Assembly: GCA_018303325.1 (NCBI GenBank)
Contig: JAGVYH010000004.1
Span: forward strand, 1 to 60,272
Reading direction: 5' to 3'
Length of the DNA stretch: 60,272 nt
Source: Candidatus Woesearchaeota archaeon
GTDB lineage: Archaea; Nanobdellota; Nanobdellia; Woesearchaeales; DSVV01
Shown: positions 19,313 to 29,134 of the stretch, in pieces
Layout of the letters: every line of letters begins with the position of its first letter
Numbering within the stretch: position 1 is the stretch's first letter
Notes under the pieces: generated by a model
Told to the model about the DNA's origin: nothing
Databases searched by the model: none
What the model saw: only the letters and a program-made list of their open reading frames with translations
Made by a program: the position numbers and the translations under genes

Positions 19313-19360
19313 TATACTAAAAGCACAAAATAATCGAACATTATTTTGTGCTTTTGTATA
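19313..19360. repeat. Family-1 single palindromic unit
   Basis: TATACTAAAAGCACAAAATAAT-CGAAC-ATTATTTTGTGCTTTTGTATA, 48 nt. Confidence 0.8.
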
Positions 19361-19429
19361 TTGATGATAATTATTGGAGAATTTTTCATTCCACAACCTT
19401 TAAATAATCATAATTTTATTACAAACCAA

Positions 19430-19849
19430 ATGCACGAACTAATCATCGCAAACAAAATAATCGAAGACATAAAAACCCAAATTTCTCTTAATAAAACAGC
19501 GACTAATAATAAAGCAACGAATAATAACAAACCAGCAACTAATAGCAAAACAGTGTCTAATAAAACAACATCTTTTGACAAAATTGTTTCTGTGTCTTTT
19601 GAAGTCGGTGATTTGGCGCATTTAAGCGCAGAGGAATTGGAAGAAACATTTAAATCAATGGTTAAGTTCAAGATTATTATAAAAAGAAAAAAAGCCATTG
19701 TTAAATGCAAATGCGGATTTAAGGGCGAGCCAAAAATATTAGAAAGGGGGCATCATTCGCTAATCTTTGTGTGCCCAAAATGCGAAGAGGTTCCTCAGAT
19801 TGTTGACGGTGAGGATATTAAGATAGTGGAGATTGAATTGATGGAGTGA
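19430..19849 (+). CDS. hypA: Hydrogenase maturation nickel metallochaperone HypA
   Basis: MHE N-terminus, CxC and CPKC zinc motifs, GEDIKIVEIELME end; low-complexity loop insertion. Confidence 0.9.
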   Translation: MHELIIANKIIEDIKTQISLNKTATNNKATNNNKPATNSKTVSNKTTSFDKIVSVSFEVGDLAHLSAEELEETFKSMVKFKIIIKRKKAIVKCKCGFKGEPKILERGHHSLIFVCPKCEEVPQIVDGEDIKIVEIELME

Positions 19850-19962
19850 TTAATCAATAAGTTTTTGTGGTTTTCTACAACCCTAAATTAGTATTCTTAT
19901 TAATCTTTCTTGATATTAATTATACCTTCTTTTTTACTTAATATGAAATAATTTGAAATGAA

Positions 19963-20073
19963 AAAAATGCCAACAATCTGCAACCTAAAGTTGCAGTATT
20001 GATTGTTGGTATTTTTAAATTCTTGACGAGCAGTGTTCGTCAAGTCTAATAATGCCGATGAAGTTGGCATTAT
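19963..20073. repeat. Cluster of three imperfect hairpins
   Basis: AAAAATGCCAACAATC/GATTGTTGGTATTTTT with inner TGCAAC/GTTGCA; CTTGACGA/TCGTCAAG; ATAATGCCGA/TTGGCATTAT. Confidence 0.55.
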
Positions 20074-20165
20074 AGTCAACTAATCTAATTTTTAGGATAA
20101 TTTTTATTGGTTGACTATTTATAGTAACTGACCTAAAATTTAGATTAATCATGTCAGTTACTATA
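20071..20165. repeat. Family-2 hairpin doublet
   Basis: ATAGTCAACTAAT/ATTGGTTGACTAT and TATAGTAACTGAC/GTCAGTTACTATA stems; loops begin CTAA(T/A)(T/A)TTT. Confidence 0.7.
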
Positions 20166-20271
20166 TTTTTATGAAAAAGGCTTCATCTGTAACCTGAACG
20201 TCATAGTATTCTGCCTTTTTCAAATAATTCTTAAAACTATTAAGCTGAAAATCAAAACATTTAAATAGTAA

Positions 20272-20291
20272 TTCATACATATATGTATGAA
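20272..20291 (+). promoter_or_regulatory. Perfect 20-bp palindrome, putative operator
   Basis: TTCATACATATATGTATGAA just downstream of TTTAAATA. Confidence 0.55.
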
Positions 20292-20304
20292 AAGGTGTAT
20301 AAAT

Positions 20305-20981
20305 ATGTATGAAAATAAACCAAAAAATCCGTTTAACACTAAAATAGATGAACTAGAACTATTTATACAATTAATTGCAGATTTAGATGAGGATATTGAG
20401 CTTTTTGCAATGGGTGGAACAGCAATGGTGATGAAAAATATTAAAGAAGTAACCAAAGACATTGATTTTTTAACAACATCTGATTATACTAACATAAATA
20501 AATTGTTTAAACTTGCCGGTCTGAAAGAAGAAAGCAATTCAAGATTATGCAACATTTGGCGGATGAATAAGACAAGAATTGACATTTTTTATGGCGCATT
20601 TATTTTAGGCACTGCTCTGCCGCAAGATTGGAAAGAGTTATCAGAGCATATATAGTAAGTGACGTAAATTTTTATACATATAGTGTCACTTACTATATTT
20701 GTCGGACATAACACTTTGTATAAATATTTATGTCCGACATTATAAGAACAGTAGGTAAAGTAAAATTGTACATATTAAACTGGTATGATATTATAATAAC
20801 GAAGATTGCAAGGTCAGAAGAAAGAGACATAGAGGATATTTTAAAAATACTTAAAACACAGAACATTGACTTTAAAAAACTAAAAAACAGGTATTACAAT
20901 GTTGCTCCCGTATCATTGATTGCTGATTTTAAGATGAAATTTAAATATTTAGAGTATAAAAGATATTTTGATAAAAGATGA
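20305..20981 (+). pseudogene. DUF6036-like nucleotidyltransferase split by a 92-bp insertion
   Basis: MGGTAM..TKDIDF in the 5' part and DIIITKIARSEERDIED in the 3' part. Removing 20653-20744 restores the frame ...ELSEHIRTVGKV... Confidence 0.85.
20649..20744. mobile_element. Family-2 hairpin doublet inserted with TATA duplication
   Basis: GAGCA-TATA-[ATAGTAAGTGAC/GTCACTTACTAT + TGTCGGACATAA/TTATGTCCGACA]-TATA-AGAACA. Confidence 0.85.
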
Positions 20982-21601
20982 TATCTGGAAAATTGATAAA
21001 AGAATTGGAAAAAGAAGGATTTATATTAGAATTTCCTAGTTATGAATTCAATGATGAAAAGATTATAGATATACTTAAGGAAGGAAATTTAAGATTAAAT
21101 CTTGCAATTCCTTTATTGTTGCGTTATGATTTTGATTATAATAATATCATAAAAAAATTAAAACAAAAAAAATTGAAAGATGAGTTCAATAAACTCATTC
21201 TGATTTCAAACAAAATATTCATATCTGAACATATAAATAATGCTCTGCTTAAGAATATAATTAGAAAAAATAAGATTACGGCCAAATTCAGTAAAAGTGA
21301 ATTAATGTATTATTATAACTCATTTAAAGAGTTCCAAAAAAACAAAGAGAAGAAAAAAGAAGAAGTTTTCGAAGAAAATCTTATTATGAGAGGAAAACTA
21401 AACACAAATAAAGCGTTATCAGAGATATTTTCTCCGGGGAAACAGAGGATTATGGATAAAATTTTTAATCACGAGCCATTAAGTAATACAGAGCTAAAGT
21501 ATTATTATCGATCAATTAAACCATTAATTTTGTCAATATTAAATGAGAATCTTAGGAAATATGTTAGAATAATTGAATCTACTAAAAAATACACTAAATA
21601 A
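20978..21601 (+). CDS. Hypothetical partner of the nucleotidyltransferase (putative antitoxin)
   Basis: ATGA overlap with the upstream gene; helical protein. Confidence 0.65.
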   Translation: MISGKLIKELEKEGFILEFPSYEFNDEKIIDILKEGNLRLNLAIPLLLRYDFDYNNIIKKLKQKKLKDEFNKLILISNKIFISEHINNALLKNIIRKNKITAKFSKSELMYYYNSFKEFQKNKEKKKEEVFEENLIMRGKLNTNKALSEIFSPGKQRIMDKIFNHEPLSNTELKYYYRSIKPLILSILNENLRKYVRIIESTKKYTK

Positions 21602-21608
21602 ATTTATA

Positions 21609-22067
21609 ATGAAAAATATCTACTGCTTCGGAAACCCTGACATCAAAGAAGATGCTGCTGCTTTAGAGCTAGCTGACGAGTTAAATAAAGATAAAAAGCT
21701 GAACAAAAGGTTTGAATTTGTGAAATGCACAAGCCCAGATTTTCTTCTGAATGAGAATATTAAGAATATTAAAGGCGAAATAATTATAATTGACGTCGTA
21801 AGGGGCATTAATAAAGTTAAAATAATTAATGATATAAACCTGCTCAAAGAAACAACCACATCAACTATGCATGACTTTGATTTGTGCACAGTGCTTAAAT
21901 TATTGAAAGAGATTGGAAAACTGAAGAAAGTGACAATAATCGGCGTCCCTTTCAATAGCACTTATAGCGACACTAAAAATCTAAATAATCGAAAGAATAT
22001 TAAAAAAGAAAACATTAAAAACGAAAGCATTAAAAAAGAAATTATCAACTATTTACTTTCTCTCTAA
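21609..22067 (+). CDS. Hydrogenase maturation protease-like protein
   Basis: IYCFGNPDIKEDAA, IIIIDVV and STMHDFDL motifs; adjacent to the large subunit gene. Confidence 0.8.
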   Translation: MKNIYCFGNPDIKEDAAALELADELNKDKKLNKRFEFVKCTSPDFLLNENIKNIKGEIIIIDVVRGINKVKIINDINLLKETTTSTMHDFDLCTVLKLLKEIGKLKKVTIIGVPFNSTYSDTKNLNNRKNIKKENIKNESIKKEIINYLLSL

Positions 22068-22087
22068 CCCTTCTTTAAATATTTTTT

Positions 22088-23413
22088 TTACCTTTTCTCT
22101 ATCTTCATCTCTAAGAAATGCGACGAGCAGCTGAAGCACGGGTCATAAGCCCTAATCAGCATTTCAACGTGCTTTTTAATTACTGATTCTGGCTTTGAAA
22201 GCAAAGATGGAAGCATTAATTTTAAATCTTCTTCCATTTGTTTAAGGTTTTGCGCAGTTGGTGTTATTATATTGGCTTTTATGCAGTGGCCATTCTCATC
22301 GTAAGTATAATCATGGAATAAAAGTCCTCTTGGCGCTTCTGTCACTGCAATTCCTCTTGCACTGCCTTCTGCAGTTTCTGCATTTCTTCTTCCATGTTTT
22401 ACATCAAAACTTACAGGTTTCTCGTCATGAACTTTTATTTTCTCCAGAATTTCTATGATTCTGTCAAATGAATGCACTAATTCTATTGCTTGGGCAAGAT
22501 TATTATGGAACGGATTCTTAACGTCAATTTTAGGCAGATATTTCTTTGCATCTTTTGACAAGGAATCGCCGTTTACCAGCAATCTTGCAAGCGCGCCGTT
22601 AAAGAATGGCTTATTTTTATACAGGACAACTTTTGCAGTTGATCCTTTTTTAAGATGCTCTTCAAAGATATTGTCATAGCTCTGCTCAGCGAAACAAATG
22701 CCGCCGACACAATTAATCTTTCCATGATAAAAAGAATGCGTCTTGTTTACCAGCCCAAATGCCTGTGTTTCCCTGCTGAATTTTGGATAAGTTAATTTTG
22801 AAAATAAGTCTGCTGTTGCAGCTGCATACTTTTTCATCTTCCTGAATTTTACCAATAATTCTTTTAATTTGTCCTGTTCTGGTATTTTTGAAAATCCACC
22901 AATTACAGCTGAAATAGGATGTATTTCTCTCCCGCCGACAACAGTTACCAATTCATTGCCTAATTTTTTAAGGCTTAATCCCATTAAAACCTCTTTTTTA
23001 TATTTCGAAGCCATTTCAATGGCGCTGTCATATCCGAAATAATCAGGAAGAACAAGCAAATAAAGATGCATAGCATGGTTTTGGATTATGGTGCCGTACA
23101 TTAATAAATCTCTCAATGTTTTTGTCTGCTCAGAAACCTTAATCTTGAAAGCATTTTCTGTTGCCAGCAGTGAAGTAATTGCATGAGATGGGCTGCATGT
23201 CCCGCAGATTCTCGACGTTAAAGGGCTGAGCTGGTCATATTTTCTGCAAAGGACAAGACTTTCAAAGAATCTCGCGCTTTCATAAACATCTAATTTAACT
23301 TTTTTCAGCTTGTTTTTTACAATTTGAATGGTTAGTTTAGCATGTCCTTCTATCTTGGTAATGTGATCTAATTTTATTGTCTTTGTTTTGCCTTTGTTAA
23401 TGTTTTTTGCCAT
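22088..23413 (-). CDS. [NiFe] hydrogenase large (alpha) subunit, group 3b-like
   Basis: ITKIEGHA; L1 SRICGTCSPSH; EAPRGLLFH; L2 YDPCFSCSSH with a cleavable tail. Confidence 0.95.
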   Translation of the reverse strand: MAKNINKGKTKTIKLDHITKIEGHAKLTIQIVKNKLKKVKLDVYESARFFESLVLCRKYDQLSPLTSRICGTCSPSHAITSLLATENAFKIKVSEQTKTLRDLLMYGTIIQNHAMHLYLLVLPDYFGYDSAIEMASKYKKEVLMGLSLKKLGNELVTVVGGREIHPISAVIGGFSKIPEQDKLKELLVKFRKMKKYAAATADLFSKLTYPKFSRETQAFGLVNKTHSFYHGKINCVGGICFAEQSYDNIFEEHLKKGSTAKVVLYKNKPFFNGALARLLVNGDSLSKDAKKYLPKIDVKNPFHNNLAQAIELVHSFDRIIEILEKIKVHDEKPVSFDVKHGRRNAETAEGSARGIAVTEAPRGLLFHDYTYDENGHCIKANIITPTAQNLKQMEEDLKLMLPSLLSKPESVIKKHVEMLIRAYDPCFSCSSHFLEMKIEKR

Positions 23414-23473
23414 GATAATCCTCTTTAATAGTTTAATTATTGATTATTAGTTTAATTCTTAATTATAGTTTAG

Positions 23474-24370
23474 TTATTGTTTTTTCTCGCTGAGGTTTTT
23501 GTTGAAGTAATTTCTTTGATTAATCTTTCCTGAATTAGGTATATTTTGAGATATTGAACAAGTCTGCCCGACAAATTTGCTGAATAATTTTGATGTTCCT
23601 GCATATCCTATAAAAAACTTCTTTATATCATCGTCGCTAAAGCCCATTTTCTCGTATAAATGCACAATAGGATCAATATTTGCGTCGTCTAATGGGCCTC
23701 TGCACCCAGTGCATGCAATATCATTGTTTGTGCATACAGAATTGCAGCCACCATTAGTTATTGGGCCCATGCAAGGCTTGCCCTGCTGCAATAAACATGG
23801 GTTTTTATTTTCCCTGCATTCTTTGCAGACTGGATAATCCGGCTGTTTAGGTGATTTGCCAACCATTAATTCTTTCATGACGTGGAGAAATTCATATTTG
23901 TTGTGCGGGCAGCCGTGCAGAAAGTAATCAACCTTGACATAATTGCCAATACCATCTGCCCTGATTGATTTAATGAATTTAGTTGTTTTATAGACAGGAA
24001 CCTCTATTTCTTCTTCTGTGTAAAAATCTTTTATCGACGGCACACCGCCGTAACTTGCGCAGGTGCCGAGGGCAGCAAGATATTTAGTTTTATTTCTTAT
24101 TTCTTTTATTTTTTTAACTTCTTCTGGTGTAGTTACAGCGCCTTCAACAAAGACAACATCAAAAGGCCCGTCTTCATTCTTTGCCTTTGCCATCGGAAAA
24201 TGAATTATATCAACTTTGCTGAATATATCTAAAAGCTCGTCTTCCAAATCAAGAATCTCGAACTGGCATCCCGCACAGCTTGTGAATGAGAATATTCCTA
24301 CTTTTAGCTTTTTCTGCTTTTTATTGTTTGGTTGTGTTAGGGTTTTTATTTTCTTATTTTTTTGTTTCAT
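23474..24370 (-). CDS. [NiFe] hydrogenase small (delta) subunit
   Basis: SCAGC, VEGAV, GTCASYGG, GCP and a C-terminal Cys cluster (CMGPITNGGC..CTGCRGP). Confidence 0.92.
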   Translation of the reverse strand: MKQKNKKIKTLTQPNNKKQKKLKVGIFSFTSCAGCQFEILDLEDELLDIFSKVDIIHFPMAKAKNEDGPFDVVFVEGAVTTPEEVKKIKEIRNKTKYLAALGTCASYGGVPSIKDFYTEEEIEVPVYKTTKFIKSIRADGIGNYVKVDYFLHGCPHNKYEFLHVMKELMVGKSPKQPDYPVCKECRENKNPCLLQQGKPCMGPITNGGCNSVCTNNDIACTGCRGPLDDANIDPIVHLYEKMGFSDDDIKKFFIGYAGTSKLFSKFVGQTCSISQNIPNSGKINQRNYFNKNLSEKKQ

Positions 24371-24420
24371 TTTTGTTTTCTTATTATACTAAACAATCTT
24401 TGATTTATTCGTAAAATTCA

Positions 24421-25236
24421 TCAGTCGGCAAAGTTTTTCGCTTCATCATACCTGAAAACAGGGCCATGTTTGCATACATATTTGCCGTTTAGCTCGCAAT
24501 GGCCGCATTTTCCTATGCCGCAGCTCATTAATCTCTCAAAGGATATAAAAACATTTTGCTCTTTTATGCCTTTTGCCATCAAAACAGGCATGATAAACTT
24601 TAGCATGATTGGTGGACCGCAGATTAATACTTTTGTGTTTTCACTAAATTTAGCCTTTTCCAAAAGCAATGTAACAGCGCCTGTGTTGCATTTGAGCTTA
24701 TTTGTAGAGCAATCGAGTGTAAACTGAAAATTAAATAATTTGCTCCATCTTTTGAAATCTTTTTTAAAGAGGATATTTTCATAATTTCTGAAGCCAAAGA
24801 ATATGCTTACTTTGCCAAATTTCTTTCTATTTTGTTCTACATAATCAATAACGCTTCTCATTGGCGCAGCACCAGTGCCGCCGCCGATTAATATTAACTC
24901 ATTTTTCAAATTTCTTGACACATGTTCCTCTGAAATCTGTTCCATAGGATAACCATTGCCAAAAGGGCCTCTGACGACAAGATATTCGCCTTTTGATTTC
25001 TTGTGAATGGCATTAGTAACGTTGCCGACATTTCTTATGCATAAATCTATATGCTTTTTTGAATATGAGCAAAAAGAGATTGGACATTCACCAATACCAA
25101 GAACACCGACTTCAACAAATTGTCCAGGTTTATTCTGTATAGGATAATTTAATCTAAATGTCGAAATGTCATTAGTATCCTTCGTTACACTAAGTATTTT
25201 TACTTTCTTTGGTAAGTAAGGGTTTGTTGTTTTCAT
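24421..25236 (-). CDS. Sulfhydrogenase gamma subunit (FAD/NAD(P)-binding, 2Fe-2S)
   Basis: PGQF, RGPFGNG, GGGTGAAP, CGPP and MSCGIGKCGHC...VCKHGP. Confidence 0.92.
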   Translation of the reverse strand: MKTTNPYLPKKVKILSVTKDTNDISTFRLNYPIQNKPGQFVEVGVLGIGECPISFCSYSKKHIDLCIRNVGNVTNAIHKKSKGEYLVVRGPFGNGYPMEQISEEHVSRNLKNELILIGGGTGAAPMRSVIDYVEQNRKKFGKVSIFFGFRNYENILFKKDFKRWSKLFNFQFTLDCSTNKLKCNTGAVTLLLEKAKFSENTKVLICGPPIMLKFIMPVLMAKGIKEQNVFISFERLMSCGIGKCGHCELNGKYVCKHGPVFRYDEAKNFAD

Positions 25237-25311
25237 TGTTTTGTGTTAATTGTATTGTTCTTGTATTTTTAGTTTTTCTTTTGCTTAATTTATTCTATTC
25301 ATCATAATATT

Positions 25312-26307
25312 TCATTTCAGCGACCTAAAATATTCAAATATGTTTATTCCTACAGGACATGCTGCGCTGCATCTCCCGCAGCCTACACATCTTGGATGTT
25401 TATATTTTTCTCTGAAATAAATGAATTTGCAGTGTATTCTTTGAGTTCCTCTTGCTCCTCTGTCTTTTCTGAATGCATTGCCTCCTGCAACTTTTGTAAA
25501 ATTCAATAATTGGCAGCTTGCCCATTCTCTGTGCCTGTAACCTGATTTTAAATTTAAGTTTAAATGGTCATCTATGGTAAAACACATGCATGTTGGACAA
25601 ACAATTGTACAGGCAGAGCAGCTCAAGCATTCTTTGCCGTATTTTTCCCAAACTTCTTTGTTGTCTGTTTTTACTTGTTTAGGTTTAAATAAATTTAGTT
25701 TAGGTTTGGTGTATGTTGCTTTTTCAAGCGATAACCTATTCTTAACTTTTTCAATTACTTCCTCGCCTTTTTTTGTCCTTATATCTAAAATGTAATTTCC
25801 TTTGTTACTTCTTTTGCCGTTTATCTTATCATTCGAACTACTTTCATTGTCTATCTCAACAATTTTAATATCATAATAATCAATCAAACCCATGTCTGTG
25901 CACACACATCTTTCTGTTATTCTGCACGGGATTTCTATAAGAACAGCTTTATCACGTTTTTCTTTATAATTTAAATCAACGGGATCATCTAACATAATTA
26001 AATCATTTCTATGGACTGCATTTATGTCACATCTGTTCATAAATAATAATGTTTGCTTGTTATCATGCTTAACATCAATGATGTTGCCGTTGTCAAACCC
26101 AAATAACTTTTCTTTTCTTGGCAGAAATACATCTTTTGCAGGATAAAGAGGCAGGTCAAATACAAGTTTATTGCCTTCATTAGTATTTAGAACTTTAAAT
26201 TCAGAAATGTTTCGTTTAATATTTTTAACAGGGGCTGTAACATTATAGAAAGGGATAAGTAAATCAATAAATCGGGTAAATTCCTCTTTTTTTAGCAGAT
26301 AAGGCAT
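25312..26307 (-). CDS. Sulfhydrogenase beta subunit (4Fe-4S dicluster, AsrA/HydB-like)
   Basis: CLSCSACTIVCPTCMCF and CVGCGRCSAACPVGI. Confidence 0.9.
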   Translation of the reverse strand: MPYLLKKEEFTRFIDLLIPFYNVTAPVKNIKRNISEFKVLNTNEGNKLVFDLPLYPAKDVFLPRKEKLFGFDNGNIIDVKHDNKQTLLFMNRCDINAVHRNDLIMLDDPVDLNYKEKRDKAVLIEIPCRITERCVCTDMGLIDYYDIKIVEIDNESSSNDKINGKRSNKGNYILDIRTKKGEEVIEKVKNRLSLEKATYTKPKLNLFKPKQVKTDNKEVWEKYGKECLSCSACTIVCPTCMCFTIDDHLNLNLKSGYRHREWASCQLLNFTKVAGGNAFRKDRGARGTQRIHCKFIYFREKYKHPRCVGCGRCSAACPVGINIFEYFRSLK

Positions 26308-26361
26308 ATTAAGATTTAAAATAAAAGTGGTTTATATATTTATTGAAAGAAAGTAGATATA

Positions 26362-27030
26362 TTAATACAATACCGCAGCTGATTTGTTAAGATAAGTAAT
26401 TGTATCTGAATTTGTCAGTCTGTCTACTAAATCTTTTGTTTTGGTTTTAACATCTTTTATTCTGTCTGTTAAAGAAAGAGGGTTATGGATAGTAGATTCA
26501 TAATGGGTAGTAGTTGGTTCTGCCCCTTTTTTAGGATTATATTTTGTTTCAGGTTCTACTGAGCCATTTTTTATTGAGCCAGAGCCATTTGTTCCATCTG
26601 TTGGCGGGTTTCTTAAATGTTTATATACAATATCACCTGCTAGATAGCCATTCCATAAAGTAAAACCAAAATCAAATAAACATCTGCTTGTATGAAAGGC
26701 ATCTGGATGTTCTGCTAAATCCTTAAAAGATTCATAGAAAATTACTCCTGAACCAAGAGCCGCTGCTGAACTCATAGCAACAAGTGCGATACAATCACCC
26801 ATAATACCTTTGTAATCAGGCGTAACCAACTTAACCAACCTCGCCATTGGAGCAAATGTTAGTATCATTCTAGCAGCTGCTATATCAAGACTATCAGCAT
26901 AACTACTTTGTAAAGCATCATGACTATTTAATACATCGAATGCAAGCTTACCTGTTGCTATGCAAAAATATCCTTGCGCTAACCCAAAACATACATCTAT
27001 TGAATGTTTAATTTTGTCTCTTGTCTGCAT
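26362..27030 (-). CDS. Hypothetical membrane protein
   Basis: Several hydrophobic segments and a disordered tail; start placed at MQTRDK. Confidence 0.6.
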   Translation of the reverse strand: MQTRDKIKHSIDVCFGLAQGYFCIATGKLAFDVLNSHDALQSSYADSLDIAAARMILTFAPMARLVKLVTPDYKGIMGDCIALVAMSSAAALGSGVIFYESFKDLAEHPDAFHTSRCLFDFGFTLWNGYLAGDIVYKHLRNPPTDGTNGSGSIKNGSVEPETKYNPKKGAEPTTTHYESTIHNPLSLTDRIKDVKTKTKDLVDRLTNSDTITYLNKSAAVLY

Positions 27031-27210
27031 GAGACAAGGAAATCCTGTTGGATATATAACTATTATGATGTATAATTTTGTAATACATATTATCAAATTG
27101 TAGGATATATTATATTTTTGTAGGATAACAAAAAAACGATGAAAACAGATAGAAGAAGACAAATGGTGAATAGAATAGAAAAATGATTTTCAAGAAATAA
27201 AGAATAAAAA

Positions 27211-27340
27211 TAGCCCCGCTCGGATTTTCGCTGTGCCAGCGTGATTGTTTTCTAATGTGACTGTTCTTTTCACTGACATTTTTCGAACCGAGGTCGCAAG
27301 GTCCAGAGCCTCGCATGATGGACCGCTACACTACGGGGCT
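27211..27340 (-). tRNA. tRNA-Gln(CTG) with 57-nt non-canonical T-loop intron (59/60; 27225-27281)
   Basis: Mature AGCCCCG...CGAGG-CTCTGGA-CCTTG...CTCGG-TTCGAA|T-CCGAG-CGGGGCTA (73 nt). TTCG/CGAA central helix with AAT bulge. Confidence 0.92.
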
Positions 27341-27370
27341 GTTTCTATGGCTAAGAGGTGGTGTTGTTTT

Positions 27371-28222
27371 TTAAATTTGCTCTTTTTTATCTATCTTTAA
27401 CAAAAGGCTGGAGACTATAATTAATCCACCTCCTACAACCATATTCCATGTAACTGCTTCACCAAATATCAGAACTCCAAAGAATATCGCTGCAATCACT
27501 TCCCAATAAGTCAGCAGGGAATAATGCACAACTTTTAGTTTTTTCAAGGCTGAAAAGAAAAAATAAAATGTGCACAGCCCTGCAATTATTGGATAGATTA
27601 TGCCTAAACCAAGCTGTGGCATTGTTGGATAAGGCTTATTGATAAAAATAAACGGCAGGAAAATAATTGCTCCAAGCAAATTTTGGTAAAATATTGTCTC
27701 TGTTTTTGTATAATTAGGAAGCTCTTTTTTGAAGATGATAACAGTCAATGCATAACCTATCCCTGAAAAAAGCATTGCAGTCATGCCAATAAAATCATTG
27801 TTAGAGAAACTTATTTCCTTGTTCATATACATAACAATCAACCCAATAAATGCCATGGCAAATAGTGCAAATGTTTTTGTTTTGACTCTTTCTTTCAGCA
27901 AAATAATGCTTAACAAAGCTGCGAATATAGGCCACGTGAAAAACATGATTATTGCATTTCCCATTGTTGTGTAAACATAGCCAATACTAAAAAACAGAAT
28001 TCTGATTGCATTGATGAGAGATGCACCAAGCATAACTTTATAGTTGCCTCTAAATAATTCGATTTTTCTGAATTTAAGAAAGATGTACAGCAGAATGACA
28101 GGAACAATAAATCTAAAGAATGTAACACTTGTTGGCGGAAGATTGATGAGCTTGATTAATGCTCCGCCCAATCCGCCAAATGTTGCAGCAATGATAACTT
28201 CCAAATAAGGATTTAGTTTCAT
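27371..28222 (-). CDS. EamA/DMT-family transporter
   Basis: About 10 TM helices in two repeats; FTWPIF and YWEVIAAIFFGVLIFGE motifs. Confidence 0.88.
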   Translation of the reverse strand: MKLNPYLEVIIAATFGGLGGALIKLINLPPTSVTFFRFIVPVILLYIFLKFRKIELFRGNYKVMLGASLINAIRILFFSIGYVYTTMGNAIIMFFTWPIFAALLSIILLKERVKTKTFALFAMAFIGLIVMYMNKEISFSNNDFIGMTAMLFSGIGYALTVIIFKKELPNYTKTETIFYQNLLGAIIFLPFIFINKPYPTMPQLGLGIIYPIIAGLCTFYFFFSALKKLKVVHYSLLTYWEVIAAIFFGVLIFGEAVTWNMVVGGGLIIVSSLLLKIDKKEQI

Positions 28223-28474
28223 GAGCCAGATAATAATTAGTTTAATATATATACTTATTGATAAAAAATATGAATGTGCAGCCTTATTTAAAAAGAGCTC
28301 TTTTTGAAATACGAAAATCTTCCGAACTCCGTCGGAAAACATTCGGAAAAAATGTAGAAAACTATTTTAAGCAGTAATCCTATTATACTAATCTATGTAT
28401 ACAACTGAAATTGGCGACACTTCGGAAAGATTTTGGGTTTGGAGTAGGTTTTGACAAATAAAAAAGCAAAAAAT

Positions 28475-28496
28475 TTATATATCAATTGATATATAA
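28475..28496 (+). promoter_or_regulatory. Perfect 22-bp palindrome overlapping the TATA box of the TA pair
   Basis: TTATATATCAATTGATATATAA, 8 nt before the ATG. Confidence 0.6.
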
Positions 28497-28504
28497 CATA
28501 TGCT

Positions 28505-28783
28505 ATGAAAAAACAAATACTTAAGAACCTGTTTGTGAGGTCGCCAACACTTGATACAGTAACAATGGTAGAAAAAACAATTGAAAAAGTTAGTGGAGAG
28601 TATAATAGGACAGAGTTGTGGAAAAACCTGCCTAAAAAAGTGATGTGGCAAACCTATTTAGTTATTTTGGATTACCTGCAGGAAATAAACAAAATTGCGG
28701 TAGATAAGAAAGGCAAAATAGGATACATCTGGAATCCAAAACTAGCTAAAAAACTGCGACAAAAACAGGAGATTAATGTATGA
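28505..28783 (+). CDS. Small wHTH-like putative antitoxin
   Basis: 92 aa; ATGA overlap with a RelE-like gene. Confidence 0.65.
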   Translation: MKKQILKNLFVRSPTLDTVTMVEKTIEKVSGEYNRTELWKNLPKKVMWQTYLVILDYLQEINKIAVDKKGKIGYIWNPKLAKKLRQKQEINV

Positions 28784-29106
28784 TTAAGGCATCTAAAGTT
28801 GTGTTTATCTCAGATGAATTAGAAAAAGAGTTTAATTCTTTGGCTAATGATGACCCTATTAAAAAGTCCATTACAAAAGCAATTTATATATTAAAGGAAA
28901 ATGCATTTGCTGGGATACATATACCTAAAAAAATAATTCCATCTGAGTATATTAAAAGATATGGAATAAACAACTTATGGAAATATAATTTAATCAAAGG
29001 TTGGAGACTCATTTATACAGTAACAAGTGACAATGAAGTTGAATTGATTACTGCAGTTCTTGAATGGTTTGATCATAAAAGATATGAAAGAAGATTCAAG
29101 TATTAA
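28780..29106 (+). CDS. RelE/ParE-like toxin
   Basis: LWKYNLIKGWRLIYTV...WFDHKRYERRF. Confidence 0.7.
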   Translation: MIKASKVVFISDELEKEFNSLANDDPIKKSITKAIYILKENAFAGIHIPKKIIPSEYIKRYGINNLWKYNLIKGWRLIYTVTSDNEVELITAVLEWFDHKRYERRFKY

Positions 29107-29134
29107 AAAAAGAATAAGTAAATTCTAAAAAAAA

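Noticed and set aside
20649-20744. BHB-spliced mRNA intron in the nucleotidyltransferase gene
   Set aside because: I could not form a bulge-helix-bulge between the two junctions; the TATA duplication fits a DNA insertion better
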